A stretch of DNA of 63,237 nt, the filler included, from Octopus bimaculoides (Eukaryota): NCBI RefSeq assembly GCF_001194135.2. It is 5 parts of 4 records of this genome, joined end to end, with 100 filler letters (N's around TTAATTAATTAA, not from the genome) between each part and the next. Parts side by side here need not be neighbours in the genome. Positions count along the whole stretch, not along the records: positions 61,061 to 63,237 come from NW_026415567.1; 4 more parts are not named here. The stretch is one strand, 5' to 3'. The notes below the pieces were generated by a model that was not told the DNA's origin, made no database searches, and worked only from the letters and a program-made list of their open reading frames with translations. Both the position numbers and the translations under genes were made by a program. Below, in pieces: positions 63,174 to 63,237 of this stretch. Numbering within the stretch: the first letter of the stretch is position 1; each line of letters opens with the position of its first letter.

Positions 63174-63237
63174 TGGAGGCACAATGACCCAGTGGTTAGG
63201 GCAGCGGACTCGCATTCATAGGATCGCGGTTTCGATT
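63174..63237 (+). mobile_element. 5' tRNA-like head of a SINE
   Basis: GGAGGCACAATGACCCAGTGGTTAGGGCAGCGGACTC...GGTTTCGATT: A and B boxes without a full cloverleaf. Confidence 0.6.

Noticed and set aside
63174-63237. tRNA-like sequence
   Set aside because: Only A/B boxes with no complete cloverleaf; a SINE head.

Overview
AT-rich, gap-ridden animal genomic DNA. The SINE families and microsatellite load point to an octopod, probably an Octopus draft assembly; this is inferred from memory of these repeats, not from a search. Most of the window is intronic or intergenic and filled with decayed mobile elements: R4/Dong, Penelope-like, RTE and CR1-group retroelements, three tRNA-SINE families, mariner/DD41D/pogo transposons and a Helitron end. 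The main coding signal is largely invisible in the ORF track. Five minus-strand exons (15245-15174, 9246-9089, 5853-5762, 3805-3622, 1658-1582) have canonical AG/GT sites and matching phases. They splice into an uninterrupted 194-codon segment with the order LRR, LRRCT, 12-Cys Ly6/uPAR (three-finger) domain, then a WTN... linker. It is part of a larger extracellular or receptor protein, possibly a cephalopod-expanded adhesion-type GPCR; its N- and C-terminal exons were not found. A second theme is a high density of long palindromes (at least seven), including a 258-bp foldback with hammerhead-ribozyme motifs in both arms and a mariner derivative built from two inverted left ends. No CRISPR, rRNA or genuine tRNA genes are supported. 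TTAATTAATTAA inside N-runs is an assembly placeholder.
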